Origin: Gammaproteobacteria bacterium
GTDB taxonomy: Bacteria; Pseudomonadota; Gammaproteobacteria; CBDBNL01; JAAOII01
DNA length: 64,000 nt
NCBI GenBank assembly: GCA_965209035.1
Contig: OZ242372.1
Coordinates: forward strand, 1,376,001-1,440,000
Direction: 5' to 3'
Part shown: positions 51,783-62,163 of the stretch, in pieces
How the letters are laid out: each line of letters opens with the position of its first letter
How positions within the stretch are numbered: position 1 is the first letter of the stretch
Notes under the pieces: model-generated
The model's database searches: none
What the model saw: only the letters and a program-made list of their open reading frames with translations
What the model was told of the DNA's origin: nothing
Program-made: the position numbers and the translations under genes

Positions 51783-53036
51783 ATGAAACAGAAAAAGTAT
51801 CTTTTATTATTGGCGGCGGTTCTCTTTGGTGTTGTGACCGCATGTCAAAAACCCGCATCGCCGGCAGAGGCAAGTTTGGACGCACCCGATCTTTCGCCTG
51901 CCGATTGGCCGGCCGTTGTCGCGGCGGCCCGCGGGCAGACCGTTTATTGGCATGCCTGGGGTGGCAGTCCGACAATTAACAACTACATTCAATGGGTTGG
52001 GTCGGTCCTCAAAGAGGAGAATGGAATCACCTTGCAGCATGTGAAAGTCAGCGATACCGCCAATGTGGTGTCCCAGGTTCTCGGTGAAAAGGCCGGCGGG
52101 ATTCACCGGGGAGGTTCGGTGGATTTGATCTGGTTGAACGGCGAAAACTTTAAGAACATGAAAGACAATGATCTTCTTTACGGCCCTTTTGCGGAGCAAT
52201 TACCAAACTTTGCATATGCGGATATCGAAAACAAGCCCACTGTGCTGACGGATTTTACCGAGCCTACCGAAGGCTATGAATCGCCTTGGGGAATGGCACA
52301 GTTGAATTTTGTTTATGACAGTAACTACCTGCCTGATCCGCCCAAATCCGTGAATGCCCTGTTGGCTCACGCCAAAAGCCGCAAGGGACGCGGGCGAATT
52401 ACCTATCCCGCACCGCCGGATTTTATCGGCAATACCTTTCTTAAACAGATTCTTTATGAAACGATTGAGGATCCGGGGGTGTTGCAAAACCCGGTGGTGC
52501 CGGCAGACTTTGAAACGCATACCCGCGGCATGATAGAGTTTCTCGATGAGATAACGCCTTTTCTTTGGCAAAAAGGGAGAAACTATCCGAACGACCTGAC
52601 TCAGTTGGAAAGGCTGTTAGCCGATGACGAGGTGGATATTGCTATGAACTTTAATCCCGGCCAGGCATCCGAAGCCATTATTGCCGGCCGCCTGCCGCCT
52701 TCGGTGCGTGCTTATGTGATGGACGGCGGGACAATCGGTAATACGCATTTTGTTGCCATTCCCTATAACGCCAATGCAAAAGAAGCCGCAATGGTTACCG
52801 CCAATTTCTTGTTGTCCCCGCGGGCACAGGCGCGCAAGGAAGATCCGAAAGTATGGGGAGATCCGACAGTGCTTGCCATGCACAAACTCTCCCCGGCAGA
52901 TAAGGAGTTTTTTGACAAGTTGGATATCGGCCCCGCCACCTTGAGATCGGCAGACCTGGGCAGGACTCTGCCTGAGCCGCACCCTTCCTGGGTAATGAGT
53001 GTTGAAAAGTTGTGGCTCGAGCGCTACGCCAGATAA
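51783..53036 (+). CDS. ABC transporter substrate-binding lipoprotein (YnjB-like)
   Basis: GQTVYWHAWGG, DLIWLNGENF, PWGMAQL, GTIGNTHFVAIP and PEPHPSW. Confidence 0.85.
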   Translation: MKQKKYLLLLAAVLFGVVTACQKPASPAEASLDAPDLSPADWPAVVAAARGQTVYWHAWGGSPTINNYIQWVGSVLKEENGITLQHVKVSDTANVVSQVLGEKAGGIHRGGSVDLIWLNGENFKNMKDNDLLYGPFAEQLPNFAYADIENKPTVLTDFTEPTEGYESPWGMAQLNFVYDSNYLPDPPKSVNALLAHAKSRKGRGRITYPAPPDFIGNTFLKQILYETIEDPGVLQNPVVPADFETHTRGMIEFLDEITPFLWQKGRNYPNDLTQLERLLADDEVDIAMNFNPGQASEAIIAGRLPPSVRAYVMDGGTIGNTHFVAIPYNANAKEAAMVTANFLLSPRAQARKEDPKVWGDPTVLAMHKLSPADKEFFDKLDIGPATLRSADLGRTLPEPHPSWVMSVEKLWLERYAR

Positions 53037-53087
53037 GGAAAACATCGCTCCGCATCACTCCACATTGCTCGTCCGCATGCACCGAGT

Positions 53088-54821
53088 GTGACCCGTATTA
53101 CTCGGCGGGTGTATCAGCCACAGTCCGCCAATTTCTCGGATCGGGTTCCGAATTTCCTTAGGCCTGTTTTGATGGCGCGGGGGGTCTATTCCGATGCGGG
53201 TTTGCGCACGGATTTTGCGGATCTGCCGCAGCCGGATCACCTTGCCGACATAGACAAGGCGGCGTCTCTGCTCGCGGATGCGATTATGGCGAACGAGAAG
53301 ATTTTGATAGTCGGTGACTATGATGCGGACGGGGCCCTGTCCGTTGTGTTGGCACTCAAGGCCTTGAAAGACATGTCGGCACAAAACACGGATTATGCGA
53401 TCCCGCACAGAGTGCGCGACGGCTACGGCCTGACCGGCGAACTGGCAAAACGCCTGACAGACGAGAGATCGCCGTGCTTGGTGTTGACCGTGGATAACGG
53501 TATTCGCAGTCATGCGGCGGCCGAGCTGTTTAAGCAAAAAAACTTTCGGTTGATCATTACGGATCACCATTTGCCGGAAGATCGGCTGCCGCCGGCCGAT
53601 GCAGTCGTCAACCCCAATCGCAGTGACTGCCCGTTTCCCGCCAAGAACCTTGCCGGGGTGGGTGTTTGTTTTTACCTGATGTGTCATCTGCGACGACTGC
53701 TGCGCGAGCGGCGATACTTTCTTTACCGGGGAGTGACACCGCCGAATATGGCAAAATTTTTGGATCTGGTCGCACTCGGCACCCTTGCCGATATGGTGCC
53801 GATGGACAAAACAAACAGAATTTTAACCCAGCGAGGTCTTGATTTGATCCGTGCGGGAAAGACCAGGCCGGGCATTAAGATGCTGCTTAATCATCGGCAC
53901 AGGTATTCGGATGCGGTTCGACTGGCGTTTAATGTGATCCCCGTCCTAAATGCCGCGGGTCGGATGGAGGATATGTCTTTGGCGGTGGATTTTTTGACGG
54001 CGGAATTGCCGGCGACCGCGGAGCCTTATCATAAAAAATTGCAGTCATTGAACCGGCTGCGCCGGCAACGATTTGCGGCAATGCGGGCGGAAGCGGAGAA
54101 GATGCCGGGCGATGTGCCGACCGACGGTTGTTTGTGTTTTGCCGATGCGTCTTGGCATGTGGGGCTTACCGGCGTTCTTGCCGGCTCCTTGTCGGATGAG
54201 CATTCTTGTCCGGTGGTGGTTTTTGCCGGGGAGGGGTTGCCGGATGATATCCTGCGCGCGTCGGCACGCACCCCCGCTTCCGTTAGAGCCGATGCCCTGT
54301 TTGAAGAGATTCGGACGGCGGAGCCGGACCTGCTGCTGAGATACGGAGGGCACAAGCATGCGGCCGGGATTAGCATTCGCAGAGAGCATCTGGACAAATT
54401 TAAGGCCGTTTTCAAACAAGCTGTTGCGAAACAAAAGACATCGTCATTCGGTGCGGCTGCGCCGGTTTTGACGGACGGCAGCTTGCCGGTTGAGCGGATG
54501 ACCCGGGAGTCGGCGCGCCTTCTTGCCGAGTTTATGCCCTGGGGGCAAGAATTCCCGCCGCCCCTGTTTGACGACGAGTTCACCTTGTTGCATCAAGAAC
54601 ACACCGCCACAGGGACTTTGAAACTCAAGTTAAAGCGGGCGGAAGCCGATGCGTCCGTTGCGTCTGATGTGTCTTTTGTGGCGTGGAAGTTTCGCCACTC
54701 GGCCGCCTTGTATCCGCTAAAAGCAAAGAAGGTGCGCTTGGCATACAGTTTGCTGTCCGAGCCGCAGTTCAACGGCGGCGGTCTTGTCCTTAAAACACAA
54801 TATCTGGAAGAATTATCTTAG
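53088..54821 (+). CDS. recJ: Single-stranded DNA exonuclease RecJ
   Basis: GDYDADG, TVDNG, TDHH, LAGVGV, LNAAGR and GGH..AAG. Confidence 0.92.
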   Translation: MTRITRRVYQPQSANFSDRVPNFLRPVLMARGVYSDAGLRTDFADLPQPDHLADIDKAASLLADAIMANEKILIVGDYDADGALSVVLALKALKDMSAQNTDYAIPHRVRDGYGLTGELAKRLTDERSPCLVLTVDNGIRSHAAAELFKQKNFRLIITDHHLPEDRLPPADAVVNPNRSDCPFPAKNLAGVGVCFYLMCHLRRLLRERRYFLYRGVTPPNMAKFLDLVALGTLADMVPMDKTNRILTQRGLDLIRAGKTRPGIKMLLNHRHRYSDAVRLAFNVIPVLNAAGRMEDMSLAVDFLTAELPATAEPYHKKLQSLNRLRRQRFAAMRAEAEKMPGDVPTDGCLCFADASWHVGLTGVLAGSLSDEHSCPVVVFAGEGLPDDILRASARTPASVRADALFEEIRTAEPDLLLRYGGHKHAAGISIRREHLDKFKAVFKQAVAKQKTSSFGAAAPVLTDGSLPVERMTRESARLLAEFMPWGQEFPPPLFDDEFTLLHQEHTATGTLKLKLKRAEADASVASDVSFVAWKFRHSAALYPLKAKKVRLAYSLLSEPQFNGGGLVLKTQYLEELS

Positions 54822-54858
54822 TCCGATTTTGGTATATCGCCGAAACGAAAAAAAGAGG

Positions 54859-55341
54859 ATGAACAAACCGGAGAGTTTTTACAGACCCAATGTTGTTATG
54901 GCGGTGATGAAAAACGGCCGCCTACTCTTGTTGGAACGGGTCAAAAACCGGGATAATTGGCAGGTGCCTCAGGGCGGAGTGGATGAAGGCGAAGGGGCCG
55001 AAGAGGCCATGTGGCGCGAACTTAAAGAGGAAACCGGTCTTTTACCGGGTATGGCAAAAATTCACGCAGTGACAAAAAGTGACGACTTGCGTTACGACAT
55101 ACCGCCGCAATACCGGAGAAGAGGAAGCAATTATAAAGGGCAAAAACAGCGTTGGTTTTTGTTGGAACTGCATGCGGGTGACCAAAATATTCACTTTGGC
55201 AATATGCGGCGACCGGAATTCTTGTCCTGGCGTTGGTGCGGCTATTGGAGTGCCATTTACTATGCCGTGGATTTTAAAAGAGAAGTTTATCGCGACGCCC
55301 TTTTGGAACTACTCCCGCAGGCACTCAAACTGGGTGTTTGA
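54859..55341 (+). CDS. rppH: RNA pyrophosphohydrolase
   Basis: YRPNV, WQVPQGG Nudix box, RELKEETG, GQKQRWF and FKREVY. Confidence 0.93.
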   Translation: MNKPESFYRPNVVMAVMKNGRLLLLERVKNRDNWQVPQGGVDEGEGAEEAMWRELKEETGLLPGMAKIHAVTKSDDLRYDIPPQYRRRGSNYKGQKQRWFLLELHAGDQNIHFGNMRRPEFLSWRWCGYWSAIYYAVDFKREVYRDALLELLPQALKLGV

Positions 55342-55356
55342 ATCCGGGGTTATCGG

Positions 55357-56115
55357 TTATCCGCCGAATAACAACACAAAGATGAAAATTAGCCCCCAAA
55401 GAATCGGCTGGTGCAGCATATAAATCAGCAGACTGTGACGACCCATACGAGCGAGAGGGGCAAGTAGGGCGTTGCTTGCCGCATAAATCCTGTCTCCCAG
55501 CAAGCGGGCAATGAATATTCCCAAGGGAACCATACCGAACCAGGGGAAGATCGGAGTAAAGTCGGCGGAACCGGTTGGGATGGTTAGCATGCCAATCCAG
55601 CGTAATGGGAAATTGTTGAATATAGAGTTTTCGTAAGTAAAGCCGAAGAACAGGATGCAGATCCCCAAGGGCAGGTTCAGCCAAGTGAGCCGGACAAACA
55701 AAAGGCCGAGCACCGAGGCAACCGCAATTAGATGAAGAATGCCGAAGTAAATAAATTGGTCACCCAAGGTCAGATAGGTAGTGAGCGTTATTAAAGCAGC
55801 GCAGGCGATCAGAAAGAAAAGACGACGACCGTAGGAGTGCCAATGTATTCCGCGGCGATAGTGCAGAAACAAACTCATTCCGACCGAAACGAGAAAGAGT
55901 GTGAGAATGATATAGCGAAATGCAATCCATTCGGCGGAAGAGTATATTGGGATCTCCGCCAGGTTAAACAGAGTTAGATCATAAAAGAAGTGAAAGACAA
56001 CCATCAGCAGGACGGCCAGGCCGCGCAGGGCGTCCAGTAAGGAACTGCGGTTGTAATCGGAAGAGCGCCGGGCGAGAAAACTCAAACTTCTTGTCTTATT
56101 TAAAGGAGAAGGCAC
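55357..56115 (-). CDS. DUF1624 / HGSNAT-like membrane acyltransferase-family protein
   Basis: LDALRGLAV..M..FHF.YDL, FGILH, DFTPIFPW and GRHSLLIYMLHQP. Confidence 0.82.
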   Translation of the reverse strand: MPSPLNKTRSLSFLARRSSDYNRSSLLDALRGLAVLLMVVFHFFYDLTLFNLAEIPIYSSAEWIAFRYIILTLFLVSVGMSLFLHYRRGIHWHSYGRRLFFLIACAALITLTTYLTLGDQFIYFGILHLIAVASVLGLLFVRLTWLNLPLGICILFFGFTYENSIFNNFPLRWIGMLTIPTGSADFTPIFPWFGMVPLGIFIARLLGDRIYAASNALLAPLARMGRHSLLIYMLHQPILWGLIFIFVLLFGG

Positions 56116-56188
56116 TTTTTCACTTTTTCACTTTTTAATGAGTCAGTTAATCGGCAAGAAAGAGTTTTTAGATGAACTTGGCGATTGA

Positions 56189-56944
56189 TTACAGCAAGAA
56201 AGGAATGAGCGCGCGTCGCCGTTTTGGATAGTCCGCAAACTTGGCATGATACCACTTGTGGTGGGCGAGGGCGCGCGGCAGAAGGTTGGCGATGGTCCAG
56301 ACGGCGAAAGCGAAGCACGGGAATGCCATGGTCATCAACGCAAAGCCGACCCATTCCGTGATTTCTCCCAGAAGGTTGGGACAGGAAATATGCTTAAAGA
56401 GGCCGCCGGTCGGAATCACATAGCCGGTGTCATTTTTTTTCCTGAGTCGGATCAGAATGTTATCGGAAGTGATATTGAGAAGCGCGCCGCCGCCAAAAAG
56501 CAAAAGACCGATGATGAAAGCGGGCCGCATTAGAAGGTCCGCCGTGTAGTTTGCGTAGTTTGCATAGTTGCCAAAATAGTAACCGCACAAAAAACCGTTT
56601 GTCAGATTAAAACAAAGTGCCATCAGCAGGATGCCGAGTGGCATGGTTTTGCCGGTTGTGTGGATGCGGAACGGGAAAATACAGGAGCGGTTAAAATAGT
56701 GCGCGATCCAGAGAATTACAAAGAAGGTCCCGATCATGCCGGGGCTGCCGGCAAACGCGAATGCGGGCATCACGATGAGTGCCGGCAGTTCCATCACAAA
56801 CCAGGCAAGGCGATTTGAAACCGGCAGCCCCCAACCTTTGGCGGTGTGTCTGCCGAACGGCGCTTTTATTTTGAACAGAAGCACGAATACCGGCAAGGAG
56901 ATCAATAGCCAGATGAGAACCGTCCAAAAATACCAAGGATCCAC
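56189..56944 (-). CDS. Steroid 5-alpha-reductase-family protein
   Basis: APFGRH, AWFVMELP, HYFNRS, GGLF..ISCPN.LGEI.EW, NLLPRA..HH.WY and RRALIPF. Confidence 0.88.
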   Translation of the reverse strand: MDPWYFWTVLIWLLISLPVFVLLFKIKAPFGRHTAKGWGLPVSNRLAWFVMELPALIVMPAFAFAGSPGMIGTFFVILWIAHYFNRSCIFPFRIHTTGKTMPLGILLMALCFNLTNGFLCGYYFGNYANYANYTADLLMRPAFIIGLLLFGGGALLNITSDNILIRLRKKNDTGYVIPTGGLFKHISCPNLLGEITEWVGFALMTMAFPCFAFAVWTIANLLPRALAHHKWYHAKFADYPKRRRALIPFLL

Positions 56945-56978
56945 TTTCGTTTGTCTTTCGTCTTTTGTCTTTTACCTT

Positions 56979-57995
56979 TTACGCGGCTTCTTGTAAATCA
57001 CCGTGCCGGCGAAACCAATCATAGGTGTCCGCCACCGTGTCCCTGAGAGGACGCAACCGGTAACTCAGGTCGCGCCTTGCCGGGGTGTCGTCAATTGTCT
57101 GCGGATGATGACGCAGGACGCTCAGAGATTCGTAGGTGTAAAGAGGAGGCACTCCCGTCAAATAAGCAAAACCGCGCAGGAAGGGCAAGCCAAGCAATGC
57201 CATTTCGTATGGCAGTGTGGGGGGGGTGGAAAGTTTGAGAAGTTTTGGAAGTTTGGCGGGCTTCTCACAGAATTCTTTTGCGATGTCCGCCAACTCGGCA
57301 ACTGTGGCATAGTGTCCGCCGAGCAAATAGATATCTTCTTCGGTTTTGGCATCCAGCGCGCGGATTGCGGCGGCGGCTGTGTCGCGGACATCCGACCAAT
57401 GAAACGCGCCGCGCACCAGAGCGGGCAATTTTTTTCGGTACAAGTTGACAAAGAAACCGCCCATCAGCGAGAACTTGTAGTCTTCCGGTCCCAGTAAGCC
57501 GACCGGACAGAGAATGACCGCATTCAATCCGTTTGCGATGGCGCGTTGCACACCGAGCAGGCCGTCGCGCTTAGACCTGTCATAAGCGAAGCCGCGGTCT
57601 TCAACAAGAGAGTCGCTCCCGCAGAGGGTGGTTGCTTTTTTTAAGTTAAACGCATGCACGGAGGAAATGTGCACCAGGCGCGGGATGCTCAGTTGGCGGC
57701 AAAGGTCCGCCACACATTCGGTTCCCCGCACATTGGTGCGCCGGACCTCCCCGTCCTTGTCGCCGTCTATGGAAATTTTGGCGGCGCAGTGGATGACCGC
57801 GCCGGCACCGCGCAACGCCTGTCGCATAAATTCCTTGTCCGTGATCTCACCGAGGAGTTCTTCCGCGGGTGTATTGGCAAAGGCTTTTGACGGCAGGCGA
57901 TGGATCGCCCGCACCCTGTGACCTTTTTGCAGTAACTGGGTGCAGATGTTAACACCCAGATGGCCGCTGGCACCTGTGACCGCGACGAGGTTCAA
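56979..57995 (-). CDS. NAD-dependent epimerase/dehydratase (extended SDR, HpnA/3-beta-HSD-like)
   Basis: TGASGHLG, HCAA, TNVRGT and YDRSK. Confidence 0.82.
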   Translation of the reverse strand: MNLVAVTGASGHLGVNICTQLLQKGHRVRAIHRLPSKAFANTPAEELLGEITDKEFMRQALRGAGAVIHCAAKISIDGDKDGEVRRTNVRGTECVADLCRQLSIPRLVHISSVHAFNLKKATTLCGSDSLVEDRGFAYDRSKRDGLLGVQRAIANGLNAVILCPVGLLGPEDYKFSLMGGFFVNLYRKKLPALVRGAFHWSDVRDTAAAAIRALDAKTEEDIYLLGGHYATVAELADIAKEFCEKPAKLPKLLKLSTPPTLPYEMALLGLPFLRGFAYLTGVPPLYTYESLSVLRHHPQTIDDTPARRDLSYRLRPLRDTVADTYDWFRRHGDLQEAA

Positions 57996-58957
57996 GGCTC
58001 CGATTTTTTCAACCCTTTTCGCAGGTAAAATTGTTCGTGCAAGGTGAGCAGGTGTCCCAGGATTTTCAGCGCGTCGTTATCTTCCGCCGGACACTTTATG
58101 GCCGCATAGGCACTGAGGCAATTATCGCGTGTGATGGGCGGGTTCTTTATCCATTTTTCACACAGGCCCGCCATTATGAAGGACATTTTTTTATTCATTG
58201 GCAAAACAAGGCGTCTTTTGCCGAATTCATGACGAGCGATCATTTGGAGGAGCCGTCTCATATTCGTCGCTTCCGGCCCCGCCGCCGCCAAGGTCTTCCC
58301 GCAAAACTCTTCGGGTTTTTGCAGGATATGCAAGATGAGGTCTCGCAGATCTTCTACCATGATCGGCTGGGTCACAGAACTGCCGGCCGGTAACCAAAGG
58401 CACGGCAAGTAGCGCAGCATACCAAGCATTTGGATGGCAAAGGGGCTGTCGTTGCCGTACACCAAAGAAGGACGAATGATTGTCCGGTGCCGGTAGGCGG
58501 TGACTTTCTGTTCGCCGGCGTATTTGCTGCGCAGATATTCGCTTTTTGCGTCCGCGCTTGCCCCAAGCGCGCTGATATGCACCAGATGCGGCTTTTTGTT
58601 ATTGCTGTTGTTATTGCTCGGTACTTTTTTGGTGGCAGCCGTAATTGCAGCCGGCCAGTCTTCGTGACTTTCCCGGAAACCGCGCTCTTTGTTTGGGTTC
58701 AAGATGCCGATCAGATTGACGACCGCATCCGCACCCCGGATGACTTCTTCCAAACTATCGGGGTTTCCCAAAGAGCACCCGAAAACCTCCGCCAGAGGAT
58801 GTTGGGAATCCTTTGGCAGAATGGCACGCTCACTGGCGACTGCCAGTCGGACCCGGTGGCCGCGCGCACAAAGACGCTTGAGCAGATAGCCGCCGATGAA
58901 ACCATAACCACCGAACAGGGTAATGCATTGGCTCGTAGAATATTTGGCAGGAAGCAT
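57992..58957 (-). CDS. NDUFA9-like atypical SDR
   Basis: FGGYGFIG, VVNLIGIL, HISALGA, YLRSK and RPSLVYG. Confidence 0.82.
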   Translation of the reverse strand: MLPAKYSTSQCITLFGGYGFIGGYLLKRLCARGHRVRLAVASERAILPKDSQHPLAEVFGCSLGNPDSLEEVIRGADAVVNLIGILNPNKERGFRESHEDWPAAITAATKKVPSNNNSNNKKPHLVHISALGASADAKSEYLRSKYAGEQKVTAYRHRTIIRPSLVYGNDSPFAIQMLGMLRYLPCLWLPAGSSVTQPIMVEDLRDLILHILQKPEEFCGKTLAAAGPEATNMRRLLQMIARHEFGKRRLVLPMNKKMSFIMAGLCEKWIKNPPITRDNCLSAYAAIKCPAEDNDALKILGHLLTLHEQFYLRKGLKKSEP

Positions 58958-59632
58958 ATATAAAGATTATCTTAACAATTTTAACTCGTCAAAATTGCAT
59001 TTTTTAATGGTTAGTATATCGGGGGTGTATAAATGATAAATCCCGCTCTGTTTTGGGGTTTCCTGTTTTTGTCCGCATCGAGCCATCTGTTGGGGTTTAT
59101 AATCCCATCCGCCGCATAATCCTACACGGTTTCGGGCTTTTCCCGTTTTTGTCCGCGCCGAAGCGCCGAGAGTTGTTTGTGAGAATCATATATGAGGGCG
59201 TTTGAAAGTACCCCAAAGAAGCCGGTCAGTCTATCGGATAAGGAAACTATTTTGTAGTTTTTGTATGCCTGGCTTGACGGTTGATTTGGGGCGAGCATCC
59301 AAACCAATTGCGGAGGGAATTTGCCACTTTTAATTTTCAATCAAGTCGTTCACTTGTTATTTGGAACTGCCGAATTGAATCGATAGGGTATTCGTTTATC
59401 ATCGTCCGGTGAGGGCAAGAACTTGCGAAGTGATGCCGGAGCCGGTTGCTGCCGTCATCTATCCTCGCCCGGTTGGGTCAGGACATTGAGAACCATAAGA
59501 AAGGCATTGAAATCTGCGGGTTAACAAGAACACCGGCATATTTTAGTTTTCTGCCGCCTCCGAAACCGGGCGAGGTTGTATACTCGCGGCGGTTCGGGTC
59601 CCAGGCCCCCGACTTAGATTGGGTATTTTTTA

Positions 59633-59855
59633 GGGAATTATATACAATACTCCCCAATTTGATCCATACTTTATTTCACTAAATCACAATACTTGATCCG
59701 TTTGCCCCGAAGGGCAATACAAAGGGATTTCAATCGATCTAAGGTATCAATCGCACAATTTGTTTTTTCTTCTTGTCTTCATAGTGGTATGAATACCATT
59801 ATTATACTGTGAAATATTTACTTTTTAAGGTTGGGGAGTATTGTATATAATTCCC
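59633..59855 (-). mobile_element. MITE derived from an IS1595-family (ISNwi1-like) element, 223 bp
   Basis: Perfect 25-bp TIR GGGAATTATATACAATACTCCCCAA and 8-bp TSD ATTTTTTA. The minus strand retains a transposase C-terminus (DTLDRLKSLCIALRGKRIKYCDLVK*). Confidence 0.88.
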
Positions 59856-59879
59856 ATTTTTTAAGGTTTAAGGCGTTCC

Positions 59880-61268
59880 TTAGTTATCGCCGCCATAGAT
59901 GTAGATAGCGAATTCACGGAGGCCCACAACGGCATCATCGTCATCTCCGGGAGGTAAGCCATAATTATCTTCCCGAGTTAATTGTCCCGCCGAATTGTAG
60001 GTGTAAGTATTATATGAAACTAATGTTCCGTCAAAATCGTAATCATTCGTCCTGTTTACTTGCTCCGCCGCATTGTAGATGTAAGTGCTGGATTCCGTGA
60101 GATTTCCGCCAGAATCGTAATCATTTACTCCGGTGAGTTGCCCCGCCGCATTGTAGGTAAGGTTGGTATGTCCTGTGAAATCTTCACTTGGACCGGAATA
60201 GCTATCAAATCTGGTGAGTTGCCCCGCCGCATTGTAGGTAAAGTTGTTACTTCTGAATAAGTTACTTTCGTTCTCATCGATTAATTGCCCCGCCGCGTTG
60301 TAAGTATAGTTTCTATAGTTAGTGCCAGCCTCAAGCTCGGCAAAAAAGCGGGATTCTGATGCAAAAATCACTTCCGTCGGTTGTTGTCCGCTTATGTCAT
60401 AGATGATGTTAGAGGCTAATGGTTCAGATATAACTGCCGTAAAGTTATAGTAAACTTCCTGAGTCGGCTGCCCGTCCGCATAATAGTTATAAGTTGTAGA
60501 GACTAATAGGCTTCCGTTATTAGTGCGGAGATCTGCCCGAATTACTTGTTGTGCGTCATTGTATGTCAAATTGGAACAAGTATTAAATGTCTCATTTCCC
60601 CGATCGAAGCCGGAGCTGATGCATATTTGCGTCAAACGATTGTTGCCGTCAAGTGGGGCCAGCGGTTCTGCCGGATTGTTCGGTTCCGGATCACAGACAT
60701 CGCCGATACCATCATTGTCGGCATCGTCCTGCCCTGAATTGGACATTGAAGGACAGTTGTCTAGACTGTCCGGCAGATCGTCTCCGTCCGTATTCACTCC
60801 GGGTCTTCTGCTTTCGGGTTTTGATGGGGCCGAACGGCCGTCACCATAAATGACGACGACAGTCACTTCATAGTTGTTATCATTATCTAGATCGCGAATG
60901 GTGTAATTCACAGCAGCTTCGGATGAGAGAGCATTCGCGGAGTTCAGTATGAACGATTTTACATCCCCCGGATTACTCTTGTCAAACCAGGTAATGTTAA
61001 GCCCTGTAATGTTATCACTTTTCGGGTTGGTCCAACTGAGCATCAAGGTCTCATCGCCCGGGATTGCTCTGAAATCGGAAATGGAGGGAGGCCCGGTCCT
61101 GCTGCCATCATTACTGCCGCTCTCGCCGCAAGCGGTGAGAAGGACGGTGAATAATCCGCCGAGCAATAAAGGCAGAATGATTAAAGAGGGTCTTCTGTTG
61201 TTGCCCGAGCGTGTATTGGCGAGGTTTACAGGCTTCAAAAAGGTGAAGAGATTACTGATTGTTTTCAT
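59880..61268 (-). CDS. Lipoprotein with Fn3, TSP3-like and YD-like repeats
   Basis: LTAC lipobox, LSWTNP, DNCP..DNDGIGDVCD and YNAAGQLT repeats. Confidence 0.8.
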   Translation of the reverse strand: MKTISNLFTFLKPVNLANTRSGNNRRPSLIILPLLLGGLFTVLLTACGESGSNDGSRTGPPSISDFRAIPGDETLMLSWTNPKSDNITGLNITWFDKSNPGDVKSFILNSANALSSEAAVNYTIRDLDNDNNYEVTVVVIYGDGRSAPSKPESRRPGVNTDGDDLPDSLDNCPSMSNSGQDDADNDGIGDVCDPEPNNPAEPLAPLDGNNRLTQICISSGFDRGNETFNTCSNLTYNDAQQVIRADLRTNNGSLLVSTTYNYYADGQPTQEVYYNFTAVISEPLASNIIYDISGQQPTEVIFASESRFFAELEAGTNYRNYTYNAAGQLIDENESNLFRSNNFTYNAAGQLTRFDSYSGPSEDFTGHTNLTYNAAGQLTGVNDYDSGGNLTESSTYIYNAAEQVNRTNDYDFDGTLVSYNTYTYNSAGQLTREDNYGLPPGDDDDAVVGLREFAIYIYGGDN

Positions 61269-61611
61269 TGTTCTTTTTTTAATAAATTACAAAAATTAAA
61301 TATAATGATTATTGTAAGGTTACCTGTAAAATTTTTACGAATATGCAGATTTTTTCTTTTAAAGGTGTCGTCCCTCTTTATTTTTGTATGATGCTCTTTT
61401 GTTATGCTCAGTTCAAGCGATTGCCGGTGGGTTCCGCCCGAGATGTTGTGTGGGATGCTTTAATGAGGCCCGCGGATCTGCGTCTGTCCGCAGATTCGGT
61501 GCACCGCCAATGACATCCAATCTCGGCATAGTTTCTACGGACATCTTCCGCCTGCCGCTGCTTGGCGGCACTAACGGCATTTAAGACGGCGTAATTTTTA
61601 CGGACAGACAG

Positions 61612-62163
61612 ATGCAAGTTGCGGGTGTGGACGAAGCCGGGCGAGGTTGTCTTGCGGGTCCTGTGTATGCGGCTGCGGTGATCTTGCGACAGCCGGTTGC
61701 GGGTCTGCGAGATTCCAAACAACTTTCGGCGTCCAGGCGGGAGCAACTCGCCATAGAAATTCGCGCCGCTTCCGTGTGGGCTTTGGGGCGGGCGAGTCCC
61801 CGCGAGATTGAGAAACTGAACATTCTGCAAGCCAGTTTGTTGGCGATGCGGCGGGCGGTGTTGTCCTTGTCGGTTGTGCCGGACTTGGCACAAGTGGACG
61901 GTAACCACTGTCCCGCGCTGCCATGTCCGTGTGAGGCAATTATCGGCGGAGATGCTCTGATTCCGGCAGTGATGGCGGCTTCCATTTTGGCAAAAACGGC
62001 CCGGGATCAATGCATGCGGCGGCTGGATCATCGCTATCCCGGTTACGGTTTTGCGCGTCATAAGGGATATCCGACGGCCGCGCATATTGTTGCCATGCGG
62101 CGGCTGGGTGTTTCACCGGTGCACAGGCGCACCTACAAACCGGTGCGCGCTCTGTTGGAATGA
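61612..62163 (+). CDS. rnhB: Ribonuclease HII
   Basis: [22 protein letters not shown] and HKGYPT. Confidence 0.95.
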   Translation: MQVAGVDEAGRGCLAGPVYAAAVILRQPVAGLRDSKQLSASRREQLAIEIRAASVWALGRASPREIEKLNILQASLLAMRRAVLSLSVVPDLAQVDGNHCPALPCPCEAIIGGDALIPAVMAASILAKTARDQCMRRLDHRYPGYGFARHKGYPTAAHIVAMRRLGVSPVHRRTYKPVRALLE

